This document shows, in pieces, positions 40,589 to 51,500 of a stretch of DNA of 64,000 nt. Below the pieces are notes generated by a model. The model made no database searches. It was not told the DNA's origin and saw only the letters and a list, made by a program, of their open reading frames with translations. The position numbers and the translations under genes were made by a program. The stretch's first letter is position 1. Every line of letters starts with the position of its first letter. The stretch is from Planctomycetota bacterium (GTDB lineage Bacteria; Planctomycetota; UBA8742; UBA2392): assembly GCA_022071975.1 (NCBI GenBank), contig JAJVIO010000052.1:38548-102547 (forward strand), read 5' to 3'.

Positions 40589-41608
40589 TCACCCACCCAG
40601 GTACGACATTTCCGCCTTGGGCAGCCCCGCCGTGTTCTCATTGCGGATTTCGCTGTAGCGGTCTTCGCGGGCCTTCCAGACGCCTTCCACCAGCGCCCGC
40701 AACTCGGCGTCGGTCTTGCCCGCTCGCAGGGGGCCGCGCAGGTCAGTGCCCGTGGCGGCGAACAGGCAGGTGTACAGCTCGCCCCGGGCGCTCAGGCGCG
40801 CGCGGGTGCAGTCGCCGCAGAAAGTATTTGTCACGCTGGAAATCAGGCCGATCTCGCCCTGGCCGTCCGCGTAGCGCCAGCGCCTCGCGACTTCGCCCTG
40901 GTAGTTGGGCTCGGCGCTTTCCAGCGGCCAGCGTTGATTGATCACCCGCCACACCTCGCGCGAGGGCACTACCTTGTCCATGCGCCAGCCGTTGGTGGTG
41001 CCGACGTCCATGAACTCGATGAAACGCAGAATCCGCCCGCTGCCTCGAAAGAACTCCGCCATCGGCAGGATGTCCTGGTCGTTCACCCCGCGCTGCACCA
41101 CCATGTTCACCTTCACCGGCCCCAGCCCCGCCTGCTCCGCAGCCTCGATGCCCGCCAGCACCGGCTTCACGCCGACGCCGCGGCCGTTGAGTTTGCCGAA
41201 GGTTTCGTCGTCAAGGCTGTCCAGGCTGACGGTCACGCGGTTGAGGCCGGCCTGGGCCAGCGGCTTGGCCAGCTTGGGCAGCAGGATGCCGTTGGTGGTC
41301 AGCGCGATATCTTCAATGCCGGGGATGCCCGCCAGCATGGCGATGAAGTCCGGCAGGTCGCGGCGCAGCAGCGGCTCGCCGCCCGTGATGCGCAGCTTGC
41401 TGACGCCCAAGGCCGCAAAAACGCGCGCCAGGCGGGCCAGCTCTTCGTAATCGAGAATCTCGCTGCGCGGCAGGAACTTGTAGTCCGGCCCAAACACCTC
41501 CGCCGGCATGCAGTAGGTGCAGCGCAGGTTGCAGCGGTCGGTGACGGAAATGCGCAGGTCGCGCAGTCTGCGCTTACGGGTGTCAACGGGTGTGTGGTCA
41601 GTCACCAT
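40589..41608 (-). CDS. moaA: GTP 3',8-cyclase (molybdenum cofactor biosynthesis protein A)
   Basis: Radical [13 protein letters not shown] motif plus the second C-terminal Cys cluster. Confidence 0.9.
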   Translation of the reverse strand: MVTDHTPVDTRKRRLRDLRISVTDRCNLRCTYCMPAEVFGPDYKFLPRSEILDYEELARLARVFAALGVSKLRITGGEPLLRRDLPDFIAMLAGIPGIEDIALTTNGILLPKLAKPLAQAGLNRVTVSLDSLDDETFGKLNGRGVGVKPVLAGIEAAEQAGLGPVKVNMVVQRGVNDQDILPMAEFFRGSGRILRFIEFMDVGTTNGWRMDKVVPSREVWRVINQRWPLESAEPNYQGEVARRWRYADGQGEIGLISSVTNTFCGDCTRARLSARGELYTCLFAATGTDLRGPLRAGKTDAELRALVEGVWKAREDRYSEIRNENTAGLPKAEMSYLGG

Positions 41609-41713
41609 GGCTTAGTTACAACGCCCTGCAGCCCCTCAATCTGCCGGATTTCAGCCCCCTTGCAACGGAAAAGGACGTGCGGAGTTTCCCCGCCCGTGCT
41701 AAGAAACGCCCCC

Positions 41714-42139
41714 ATGGCAGCCCCGACCGGAAAACAGTACGTCGTAATCCGCGTGCCCAAGCCCGTGGAAGAGGCGGATTTCTTTGCGCGCATCTACGAT
41801 GCCGCCGCCATGGTGGTGGACGAAACCACCCGCCAGCTTGACACCGGCAAGTTCGTGTTGCGCATCACCCGGGCCGAGGGTGAGAAAGACCGCACCCGCG
41901 GCATGCACCTCGAGGTCAGCGTCGACAACGTCAACAAGTTCACTGAAGAGGTCTGGAACCGCGGCGTGAAGTACGCCAGCCGTCCCCAGAACGGCTCCGA
42001 TGGCTTCCGGCGCGTCGGCTTCGTGAGCCCGGGCGACATCCGCGTTGACGGCGTCGGCCCCCTCAAGCTCGACTCAACCGGCGCGTTTCCAGCCTTCCGC
42101 GACAAGAACCGGCCGGAAGGCAAGGGAAAGGCGGAGTAA
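41714..42139 (+). CDS. VOC (glyoxalase/bleomycin-resistance-like) family protein, tentative
   Basis: 141 aa with a beta-alpha-beta-beta-beta-like periodicity. Immediately upstream of queF. Confidence 0.4.
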   Translation: MAAPTGKQYVVIRVPKPVEEADFFARIYDAAAMVVDETTRQLDTGKFVLRITRAEGEKDRTRGMHLEVSVDNVNKFTEEVWNRGVKYASRPQNGSDGFRRVGFVSPGDIRVDGVGPLKLDSTGAFPAFRDKNRPEGKGKAE

Positions 42140-42142
42140 ACC

Positions 42143-42502
42143 ATGGCCGAAGCCCCGAAAGCCGAGTCGCTGGAAACCTTCACCAACCCGAACCCGTCCC
42201 GAGAGTTCGAGGTGCGCATCGAGGCGCCCGAGTTCACCTGCATCTGCCCCAAGACCGGCCACCCGGACTTCGCCAACCTGGTCCTGACCTACATCCCCGA
42301 CAAGCTATGCCTCGAGCTCAAGGCCTACAAGCTCTACATACACGCCTGGCGCAACGTCGGCATCTTCCATGAGGCCGTCACCAACCGCATCGCCGAGGAC
42401 CTGATCTCCGCCCTCAAGCCCCGCTACCTCAAGCTGGTGGGTGCTTTCCACGCCCACGGCGGCATCACCACCACCGTCACGGTCGAGCACAAAGCGCAGT
42501 AA
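42143..42502 (+). CDS. queF: NADPH-dependent 7-cyano-7-deazaguanine reductase (type I)
   Basis: Catalytic Cys motif CPKTGHPDF and QueF motif ELKAYKLYI; 119 aa. Confidence 0.85.
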   Translation: MAEAPKAESLETFTNPNPSREFEVRIEAPEFTCICPKTGHPDFANLVLTYIPDKLCLELKAYKLYIHAWRNVGIFHEAVTNRIAEDLISALKPRYLKLVGAFHAHGGITTTVTVEHKAQ

Positions 42503-42561
42503 CTCTCGCAATCCACCATCCGATTCGTAAAGATACTCCCGGGCGACACAGCGAGGACCAC

Positions 42562-43326
42562 ATGGGTACCAAGCTGCAGGGCAAACGGGTTCTGGTCACC
42601 GGCGGGGGCACCGGCATCGGCCGTGAAATCGCGCAGGTTTTCCTGGGCGAGGGCGCGCGCGTGGTGATCTGCGGGCGGCGTCACGGGCCGCTCAAGGAAA
42701 CCGTCGACGCATTGAAGGGCCTCGGCGAAATCCACTTTGTCGAGTGCGACGTCAGCGACCCCGCGGACGTGGCTGAGCTGGTCACCAGGCTGCACGAGCT
42801 GTGGGGCGGTCTCGACATCCTTGTCAACAACGCCGGCATCTACGAAGGCGGCAGCCTGGAGAAGGTCGGCCTGAAGGAATGGGACCGCGCCATGAACACC
42901 AACCTGCGCGGCGTGTTCATCGTGACCAAGGCCTTTCTGCCTGCCCTGCGCGAGGCAGGGCGCGGCGCCAACGTGCTGAACGTCAGCACCAGCATGGCCG
43001 GCAGCATTGAGCCGCACACCCTGCCCTACGCCGTCAGCAAGGCCGCGTTGGAGACGTTCACGCGCTGCTGCGCGGTGGATTACGCCGAACACGGCATCCG
43101 CTTCAACGCCATCGCGCCCGGCGTGGTGGACACGCCCATGCAGGACTTCAACAAGGGCGAGCTTGGCTACCAGGAGTGGCGCACGGCCATGGAGCACGTG
43201 CACCCGCTGAAGGCCGTCGGCCGGCCCACGGATGTAGCGGCCGCGGCGCTGTTCCTGTGCAGCACCGACGCGGAATGGATCACCGGCGTGATCCTGCCCG
43301 TGGACGGCGGCATCTCAGCGGTCTGA
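42562..43326 (+). CDS. SDR family oxidoreductase
   Basis: TGGGTGIG, NNAG, YAVSK. Confidence 0.85.
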   Translation: MGTKLQGKRVLVTGGGTGIGREIAQVFLGEGARVVICGRRHGPLKETVDALKGLGEIHFVECDVSDPADVAELVTRLHELWGGLDILVNNAGIYEGGSLEKVGLKEWDRAMNTNLRGVFIVTKAFLPALREAGRGANVLNVSTSMAGSIEPHTLPYAVSKAALETFTRCCAVDYAEHGIRFNAIAPGVVDTPMQDFNKGELGYQEWRTAMEHVHPLKAVGRPTDVAAAALFLCSTDAEWITGVILPVDGGISAV

Positions 43327-43340
43327 ACAACCAGGCAACC

Positions 43341-43395
43341 GCGAAGCGCCGCAAAGGACCGCGAAGAACGACGGTCTGTTTCGCGGCCCTTTGCG
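43341..43395. terminator. bidirectional terminator hairpin CCGCAAAGGACCGCGAAG ... TTCGCGGCCCTTTGCGG
   Basis: 17-bp near-perfect stem between convergent genes. Confidence 0.65.
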
Positions 43396-43399
43396 GTTC

Positions 43400-44533
43400 T
43401 TAGCAGTTTCCGACCGCCCAGCGCGCCGCACCCAGCGCCGCCGCGTGGGGCACGAACTCAATCGGCCCCTGCCATACACCCAGCGCATGCAGCAACTCGG
43501 CGGGAACGTACGTCCCGAAATCGCCTGTGGTGACAAGCGGCGCGGGCAGGCCTTGCAGCAGCGCCGTCAGCGCCCGGGCTGCATCGCGGATTGTGTTGAG
43601 CTGCCCCTGCGGCACGCTGATCGGCCGTTCCGCCGTGTAGATTTCTCCGTGTGGGGATTGCGCTTCGCTGTCCGGCGCGACCAGCAGGGCCTCAAGGCCG
43701 CCATCCGCGCGCCGACGTGTGAAGCGCGATTCGGACAATCGCAACGCCGCGTCGCACATGCCGGCCTGCATCAGCGCCAGCACACAGGACATCAGGCCAG
43801 AGGCGCACAGGCCCGCCGGCCTCGCGCCTGCCACGGTGCTGACAATCGTGCGGGTCTTCAGCGGTGACCACGCTACGGACTCGATCGCGCCTGGCAGGTG
43901 CGGCATATCGCCCATGAACGCGCCGGTCGGCGCGGGCTGCATGCGCGTGCCGTTGTCGTCGCACACAACCAGCCGCCCCGCAAAATCCAGCACCGTGCGT
44001 GGGCCGGCCGTGACGTGCCGGGTGCCAAGCGCCAGTGCGGTAGCGTAATCCAGATCGCGCCCCAGCTGGATCGCGCCGGGAGACTCAGGCGGTTGGTCGG
44101 ATTGAAATGCCGCGCCCGCGTCGAACTCGCCCTCGGCTGAAACTTCGTACATCGCGCCGGTGAAGGCGCCCGGGTCGAGCACCTGCAGGGCTTTGCCGCC
44201 GCCGTTGGCGAACCAGCCCTCCAGCGAGGCGCGCTTGATCTCGGCCCCCAGGCCGTGGACCGGAGCGGGCTCGACTACCATCTCGCCCCGCACCTCGCAC
44301 TGGCAGGCCAGGTAGACCGGCTGGTCGCCGCGCTGATGGCGCGGTACGGCCGGCTTGCCCTCGCGTATGGGCGTGCCGCTGTGGATCACCACCCGGCACT
44401 GGTGGCAGCTGCCGTTGCCGCCGCAGGAGCTGTCCAGGTGCAGGCCGTGGCGACGCGCCAGGGTAAGCAGGTTCTCGCCGTCGAGGGCTTCGACAATGCG
44501 GTTGACGCCTTTGAACGTAACGCGATGAGCCAT
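43400..44533 (-). CDS. 2Fe-2S ferredoxin-like / ASKHA-fold (DUF4445, RACo-like) protein
   Basis: N-terminal CGGNGSCHQC 2Fe-2S motif followed by a large ASKHA-like domain. Confidence 0.7.
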   Translation of the reverse strand: MAHRVTFKGVNRIVEALDGENLLTLARRHGLHLDSSCGGNGSCHQCRVVIHSGTPIREGKPAVPRHQRGDQPVYLACQCEVRGEMVVEPAPVHGLGAEIKRASLEGWFANGGGKALQVLDPGAFTGAMYEVSAEGEFDAGAAFQSDQPPESPGAIQLGRDLDYATALALGTRHVTAGPRTVLDFAGRLVVCDDNGTRMQPAPTGAFMGDMPHLPGAIESVAWSPLKTRTIVSTVAGARPAGLCASGLMSCVLALMQAGMCDAALRLSESRFTRRRADGGLEALLVAPDSEAQSPHGEIYTAERPISVPQGQLNTIRDAARALTALLQGLPAPLVTTGDFGTYVPAELLHALGVWQGPIEFVPHAAALGAARWAVGNC

Positions 44534-45254
44534 GGAAGGATTGTGCCAGTCAAAGAGCACGCTTGGAAACCCACTCGCAGCTTGTCTCCCCGTGCGCTCT
44601 CGCTGCAGCTGCGGCGGGTGAGTGCGTTGGCGGTTCCTGCCGCCTGCCTCCTACCTCCTGCTTCCTGCCCCCCCCCCGTCACCCGCCCGTCATGATTCCT
44701 GCAAATTTTCTGTCAGGCGGCCGAACCCGCCGGGACCGCCCTCGTTTGTAGTGGTGTAGCGAGGACAGGAACCGAAGCAGCGGCCCGAGCACGGAAAGCC
44801 TCTTCGACCTCAATCGCCACACTCCCGGGGACAACCGAGAAGCTGCCAGGCGGTTCATTCCGCGAAGGGGCCGGCACGTAACGAGCGGCACCGAGGCAAC
44901 AAGGTTGTACCTGAGAGGGGGGATCCCAAAGAAGCGAGGCCGGGGCGCGGGCATTTCCTGCACCTTAAGAGGCAGCACGAAGCGCCCACGCCCAGGCCCG
45001 CCGATTTATCCAAGCCAACAACCACGGATACAAGCTGCGCAGTGAGCGCGCAGCGCAGGCGAGTCTCTGCCCACACCGCACTCCCTTGCGCCCTGCGTTC
45101 ACGCAGACAGCCATCAAGTTTTGCAGTAAGAGGGGAAGCGCCTCGGTTTCCCCTCGCCCCGGGAGCGGGGCGGGTGTGTAGCCCGCCCCGTTTGTTTTAA
45201 CCGTCGCCTTTTCCACGTTGGCGGGCTTGTCGCGTGCCCTAGTACACTCGCGGC

Positions 45255-48200
45255 ATGGCGATTGAGCTTCTTCGGGTTGGGCTTGGTGATGATGTTTCGG
45301 CGCATGTGGCGGCGCTGTTGCGCGATGCCGCCCGCGCCGCTGAGCCCTTTGCGCCGGCGCCGGTGGTCTACGTTGCCTCGCATGAGCGCCGGGCGCGCGC
45401 CATCAGCCGCCTGGCAGGCGAGCAGTACCCCGAGGGCACACCCGATCGCGTGGCGCGCGAGCTGTTGAAACTGTTCGCGCCGGAAATCCGCCTGCGCGGC
45501 GAGGTCGAGCGCGACTTCGACTTCTTCGGCGCGCTGGGCGAGACACTGCATGAGCTGGGCGAATCACGCCGCGCCGGCCGCGCGCTGGTGGACGAGCTGC
45601 TGGTCGCCTGGAAACGCTTCGCGCAGACCATCCCGCCCGATCAACGCGGCGACGCGCAGCTGGCGGCCTGGCTGCCGAGTCTCGGCCGGCGCGGCGAGTT
45701 GTTCGGCGCCTTGGTGCGCCGCTATGTCGCGCGTTTAAAACAGACCGGGCAGCACGACCCAGAAGACGCCTGCTGGCTGGCGGCGCAGCTTGGCGAGCCT
45801 CTCGCACCCGGGCTGCTGGTAGTGGACGACCTCGACCGCGTCACCCCCGCGCGCGAGGCCCTGCTGGCGGCACTGGCGGCGCGCTCAACCCGCGCATTGT
45901 TCATCCTGCGCGGCAACCGCGAACTGCTGCCATTCCTCGCGCAATCCCATGAGATCTCGCAGCAGCTGATGTTCGCCGGCGAAGGCCGCGTGCTGCCGGA
46001 ACGCCAGTGGCCGCAACGCGCGCTGGCGGGTGCCTGCGAAAACTGGCTGCAGGACGCGCCCGTCAATGACGCCATCGAGGTGCTGCGCCCAGCCAGCCGC
46101 ACGGCCGAAATCCGCGAAGCTGCCCGCGCCGTCAAGCGCGCGCGGCACGACGGCCTATCGCTGTCGGAGATCTGCGTGGCGATGCCCTCCACGGGCAACT
46201 ACCGCGAGTTGATCGAGGAGATTTTTGCCGCCGCCGGCATTCCCTACGACGCGCCCTTTGAGCTGCCCCTGGACGAAACCGCGCCCGTCGCCGCGCTGCT
46301 TGACCTGCTGCGCGCGGCGATCCGCGGGCTGGGGCGCAACGAGCTGCTGGACGCGCTGGCTTCGCCCTTCGTGCCCTTCGAGGCCGCCGATGAGGCCACG
46401 CAGCTTGCCGTGCGCGCAACGCTGGACGAGGTCACGCGTGAATCCTTCATCGTGGGCGGGCGCAACGTCGCGCGCGACTGGCTGCAACGACTACGGGCCA
46501 GTAATCACCCGGCATGGCCCTCCATCAGCGCGCCCGTTGCACACATCCTGGAAGCCTTGGAACCGTTCACCCACGGGCGCCTTGCGGCCGTGAAATTTTT
46601 GAAGTCGCTGGAAGCGCTGGTTGATGCCAGCGGCGCACAGCGCGTAGTCAGCGCCGAGCGCGGCTCCGAGCCCGGGGCCGCCCTGCGCGCCGAGGCCCTG
46701 CACGCCTTCCGCACGCTGCTGCGCGAGATGCGCGAGGAGTTCCGGCGCGGCGGCAACCCCGAGCTGCCAACCGGCGAGCTGCTGCGCGCGCTGGTTGAAC
46801 AGGCACGCACCCGCAGCGTGCGCCCGCCCGAGGCAGCGGCCGAGCGCGTCCGCGTTCTCGGCCTGCGCGAGCTGCGCGGCGTGAGCTTCCAGCGCCTGAT
46901 CGTGCTTGGCCTGACGGACCAGGATCTGCCGCTCAGTGAGGAAGAAACGCTGTTCCTGCCGGCCGCTCGCGAGCAGGCTCTGGCGGAAGTACTGGGGCCG
47001 CGCGTGGCGGCCGAGTTGTGCGCGCCGATTGACGTCACCGCCCAGGCCGACTACCTGTTCGCCCACACGCTGCTGGCGGCGGCCGGGGCGCTGACGCTGA
47101 TGCTGCCAGCCGGCGAGGGCGATACGCCCTTCGTGCCCGCCACGCCATTCGCCCGCCTGCTGCGCTGCATGGGGCTGGGTGAACTCGACAAACTGCCCGC
47201 CTGCAGCGACGGCGAACCGCCGGTTTCGGCCGGGGAGTTGGCCGCACGCGCGGCCTCATTGCTTGCGCCGGCCGAGCGGGACGGCAGGAAGTGCAAAGAA
47301 ACCATCGCGCTGTCCGGGCCGCTGGCGGCGGGCCTTCACGGCCGTTGCATCGAGCTTGCGCGCACGGACCTCGCCTCGCCGCCGGGCGAGTACGAGGGCG
47401 TGGTGGGCGCGCGCCCCGAACTCGCGGCGCGCTTTGCCGCTGAGGGCGAGCAGCGCCACCTGTTCTCGCCCAGCCAGCTCGACAGCTTCGCCGAGTGCCC
47501 GATGCGCTTCTGGTCGCGCTACATCATGGCCGCGCGCGCGCCCGATGAGCCTTCGCTGGACACCAAGCCGCAGGCGATCGGCACCCTGCTGCACGCGGTG
47601 TTCGAGCGCTGGGTGCTGCTGCTGCGCGAGCGCGCGGGCCAGCCGGCCGTGCTGCCTGAGCCGGTGAAGCGCGCGCCGGTAAAGCTGCTTGAGCTCGGTG
47701 CTGACCGGGGCGAGGCGCGGACCATCGGCCTGCAGCTGATGGCCGACGCCTTCGAGCACGCGCTGCAACAGCACCCGACGCAGGGCCCGTTCTGGGAGGG
47801 CGTCAAGAAGCTGGTGGCCTCGGGCCTGCCGGGCTACGCCGAGCTCGGCCTGGGCAGCGGCCTGCTCGCGCGCTTCGTGGAGCAGGAGCTTCAGCGCAAC
47901 GCCGACGGGCTCGGCATCCGCTTCGTCGAGTTTGACTTCGGCAAGAACAACGCGCCTGAGCCCCACCGGCCGGACACCGTGCCCGGCGAAATCGAGCTGG
48001 CGATTCCGGGCGGCGCCATGCGCCTGATGGGCAGCGTGGACCGCGTGGACGAGGGCCCGGAAGGCCTGGTAATCGTGGACTACAAGACCGGCAAGGCCAA
48101 GAGCGCCGCTGAGATCCGCGACGGCAAGGCCTTCCAGCTCGCGGCGTACCTGGCGGCGATTTCGCAGGTGGCGGGCACGCCGCCGCGCGGCATGGCCTAC

Positions 48201-48512
48201 ATGCTGGTGCCGCCCGAGGGAAAGATCGAGGAAAAGGATGTCACCCTGCTGAACAAGAAGCAGGCATTCGACGTTCACGAACTGGTGTTCACCCTCCTGC
48301 CGCAGCGCATGGCGCGCATCCTGGACGCCCTGCGCAACGGGGTGTTCCTGCACCTGCCCTTCCGCCCTTCGGGCAATCCCTGCGGCTACTGCGACTACGC
48401 GGCCGCCTGCGCGCGGCGCGACGACGTGATCGCCGCCCGCCAGCAGCGCCTGGGCGAGTCCGAGACGCCTGAGGTCGCCCACGTCTACCTGCCCGACACG
48501 GAGGAGGCATGA
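45255..48512 (+). CDS. addB: AddB/RexB-like subunit of AddAB-type helicase-nuclease (PD-(D/E)xK nuclease with Fe-S cluster cysteines)
   Basis: C-terminal VIVDYKTGK nuclease motif and CGYCDYAAAC cysteines; 1085 aa. ATGA overlap with the downstream UvrD-like gene. Confidence 0.75.
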   Translation: MAIELLRVGLGDDVSAHVAALLRDAARAAEPFAPAPVVYVASHERRARAISRLAGEQYPEGTPDRVARELLKLFAPEIRLRGEVERDFDFFGALGETLHELGESRRAGRALVDELLVAWKRFAQTIPPDQRGDAQLAAWLPSLGRRGELFGALVRRYVARLKQTGQHDPEDACWLAAQLGEPLAPGLLVVDDLDRVTPAREALLAALAARSTRALFILRGNRELLPFLAQSHEISQQLMFAGEGRVLPERQWPQRALAGACENWLQDAPVNDAIEVLRPASRTAEIREAARAVKRARHDGLSLSEICVAMPSTGNYRELIEEIFAAAGIPYDAPFELPLDETAPVAALLDLLRAAIRGLGRNELLDALASPFVPFEAADEATQLAVRATLDEVTRESFIVGGRNVARDWLQRLRASNHPAWPSISAPVAHILEALEPFTHGRLAAVKFLKSLEALVDASGAQRVVSAERGSEPGAALRAEALHAFRTLLREMREEFRRGGNPELPTGELLRALVEQARTRSVRPPEAAAERVRVLGLRELRGVSFQRLIVLGLTDQDLPLSEEETLFLPAAREQALAEVLGPRVAAELCAPIDVTAQADYLFAHTLLAAAGALTLMLPAGEGDTPFVPATPFARLLRCMGLGELDKLPACSDGEPPVSAGELAARAASLLAPAERDGRKCKETIALSGPLAAGLHGRCIELARTDLASPPGEYEGVVGARPELAARFAAEGEQRHLFSPSQLDSFAECPMRFWSRYIMAARAPDEPSLDTKPQAIGTLLHAVFERWVLLLRERAGQPAVLPEPVKRAPVKLLELGADRGEARTIGLQLMADAFEHALQQHPTQGPFWEGVKKLVASGLPGYAELGLGSGLLARFVEQELQRNADGLGIRFVEFDFGKNNAPEPHRPDTVPGEIELAIPGGAMRLMGSVDRVDEGPEGLVIVDYKTGKAKSAAEIRDGKAFQLAAYLAAISQVAGTPPRGMAYMLVPPEGKIEEKDVTLLNKKQAFDVHELVFTLLPQRMARILDALRNGVFLHLPFRPSGNPCGYCDYAAACARRDDVIAARQQRLGESETPEVAHVYLPDTEEA

Positions 48513-51500
48513 ACACGCCGGCCGCCGCCAGCAGGCTCAACGACGGGCAGCGCGCGGCGCTGGACCTTTCGCGCGACATGCTGGTCAGCGCGGGCGCCGG
48601 CGCGGGCAAGACCCAGGTGCTGGGCCTGCGCTACCTGGCGCTGCTTGAGGAGGGGCTGGCGGCGGTGCCCGACATCGTCGCGTTCACGTTCACGGACAAG
48701 GCCGCCGCCGAGATGCGCGAGCGCGTGCAGCGCCTGCTGCTGGCGCGCATCCTCGAGCTGCAGGGCGGCGACAAGCAGCGGCTGGCGCGCCTGCGCCAGG
48801 CCCAGGCCGAGTTCGCGCGCAACCGCATCAGCACCATGCACGGCTTCTGCCACCGCCTGCTGCGCGACTACGCCTGGGAGGCCGGGCTGGAGCCGCGCGC
48901 GCCGGTGCTGGACGAGCGCGCCCAGGCCCTGTGCCGCGAGCGGGCCATCCGCGCCGTGCTGCTGGCCACGGATGCGAGTGACAACCCGGCACTGGCTGAA
49001 GCGCTGGTGCGGCTGGGCAGTGTGGTGAGGCTGTATTCGCTTTCCGGCTCGCTGTCCGAGATGCTGCGCAAACGCGCCTTCGTGCGCGAGCCGCTGCAAC
49101 GCGCCGCCGAGCTGTGGGCCGACCCGGACGCCGAAGTAACCCGTCGGCGCGAGGCGTGGGAAGGCATGTTCGCCGGGCCGCTGCAGGCGACGCTGGGCGC
49201 GATCAAACGCATCGACCACGCCGCAGCGGCCGGCGCCAAGGACGGCGACAAGCTGAAGCAGCTCGTGTTTGACCTGCGCGAAGCCGCCAAAGCCCGCGAC
49301 GTGTTCAGGCTGCGCGGGCTGCTGTTGACTAACGACGGCACGCCGCGCAAACCCGGCGGCGCCAAGACCGGCTGGAAACACGCGCCCGACGCGCTGGAAA
49401 CCGTGCGCGAACAGGTCAGCACGGCCGCCATGGCACTGGCGCCGGCGGCCGAGGTGCTGGGCTTCCCGTTCGACGAAGCGTTTGAGCGCCGCGCCGGCGC
49501 CGTGGCGCGCGACCTGGCCGTGGTGTTCGAGGCCGTGTGCGCCGCATACACCGAGGAGTGCGCGGGAGGGCTGGACTTCCTTGACCTCGAGCTGCGCGCC
49601 CTGGAGCTGCTGCGCCGCGAGCCCGAGGTGCGCAAACAGGCGATCGAGGCCGCGCGCTACCTGCTGGTGGACGAGTACCAGGACACCAACCCCACGCAGG
49701 CGGAGCTGCTGGCGCTGCTGACCGACGAGGCCGACGCGCCCGGGCGTTTCTTTGCGGTGGGAGATGCGAAGCAGTCAATTTATGCCTTCCGGGGCAGCGA
49801 CGTGCGTGTGTTCAACCAGGCGCTGGAGTGGATCCCGCAGCGCAACGCGAACTCAGGCGCAGGCAAGCGTGGCATGCAGCCCCCATGGGGCTTGACCTGT
49901 CAAGATACGCCCGAGCGCCGGAGCGGCATCGTGCGCTTGGAGCACAACTACCGCACCGTGCAGCCGGTGCTCGAGCTCGGCAACCGGCTGTTCGCCGCGA
50001 TCTTCGGCGCCGGGCCGTACCGCGACTTCGACGCGCGGCCGCAGGACATGCTGTTCGACAAGCATGCCGGCAAGCGGCCGGAGCGCGAGCTTGATAAGCC
50101 GGTCGAGTTTCACCTGCTGCCCGGCGCGAACTCAGCCGAGGAAGCGGAGTACCTGGCGCAACAGGTCGAGCGCCTGCGTGACGAGGGCGTGCAGCTTTCC
50201 GACGTGGCGATCCTGGTGCGCCGCAGTACGCGCAACGCCCAGTACCGCGAGGCCTTCGCGCGGCGCGACCTGCCGCTGCTGGTGATCGGCGAGAGCGGCC
50301 TGTTCACCACGCAGGAGGCGCTTGATTGCATCAACCTGCTGCGCGTGCTGGCCAACCCGGCCGATGACATCGCGATGCTGGGCGTGCTGCGCTCGCCATT
50401 AGGGGGCCTGTCAGATGCCTTCCTGACCGAGCTGGCGCTGGGCAGCAACCGCCACCACACGCTGCTCAAGCGCCTGCAGGACTGGTCGGACAAACCGCCG
50501 GCCGCGCAGAGTTTCCTGGCTGGCTATGAGCGCCTGCGCAGCCGCGCCGGCCGTGACGCCCCGGCGCTGCTGCTGGGCGAAGCGCTGGCAGCCTTCGGCT
50601 ACCAGCTGGCGGTCGGCTGCGGCCCGGACGCCGAGCAGCGCCTGGCCAACGTGAACCGCATGCTTGAGCTGGTGCGCGCCATGCAGCACGAGCTGCCATC
50701 GCTGGCGCCCCTGGTGCGCGAGCTGCGTGAACGCCTCGAGCGCGGCGAAGACGAAACCCAGGGCGTGCCCGACCGCAGCGTCGAGGGCGTGCGGTTGATG
50801 ACCATCCACAAGGCCAAGGGGCTGGAGTTCCCGGTGGTGATCCTGCCCGACCTCGCCGGAGAAGGGGGCGGCGGCGGCCAGGGCATGGTGCGCGAGCTGC
50901 CCGAGCAGGAGGGCGAGCCCTTGGGCATCTACCTCAAGAGCCTCGACGACGACGATCGCGGCGAATACCGCAGCGACTTTGCCGCCTGGCGCGCAAAGTA
51001 CGCGGCGATCGAGCGCGGCCTGGCCGAGGAAAAACGCGTGCTGTACGTGGCCTGGACCCGCGCCTCCGAGCGCTTGCTGTTGCTCGGCAGCCTGAAGCCC
51101 GACAAGGAATTCGACAAGCAGCACTGGGCGCACCAGCTGCTGCGCGCGCTTGAAGTGCGTGACTGGGAAGGCGCAGCGCCGCAGCCATGCGTGCGCATGG
51201 TGTGGCCTGATGCCGTGCAGCCGGGCGAGGCGCGGCCGCACACGCCCGCCATCGAGGCCGCGCGCAAGGCACTGCAGAAAGGCAAGCTGCCGCTACCCGC
51301 GCCGATCGATGCCGCGCTGGTGGCGCCGGTGGGGGAAGCGGCCGCAAAACCGCGCGCCTTCGACCCGGAGGCCGTCGAGTTCGGCACCCTGGTGCACGCC
51401 GGCCTGGAGCGCCGGCTGCGCGGGGCGGAAGTCGGTGTGCTGGACGCCCGCGCGCTCAGCCACGTGCAACGCGCGGCCGAGGCGCTGGCCACGCTGGGCA

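Noticed and set aside
40349-41713. N-terminal 455 aa of the 596-aa plus-strand ORF
   Set aside because: That part runs antisense through moaA and the hairpin region with Arg/Ala-rich composition. Only the last 141 codons (41714-42139) look like a gene.
47256-51241. Long antisense ORFs across addB/addA (47256-48482, 48485-49381, 50411-51241)
   Set aside because: Shadow frames; the plus strand carries Walker A, UvrD and PD-(D/E)xK motifs.
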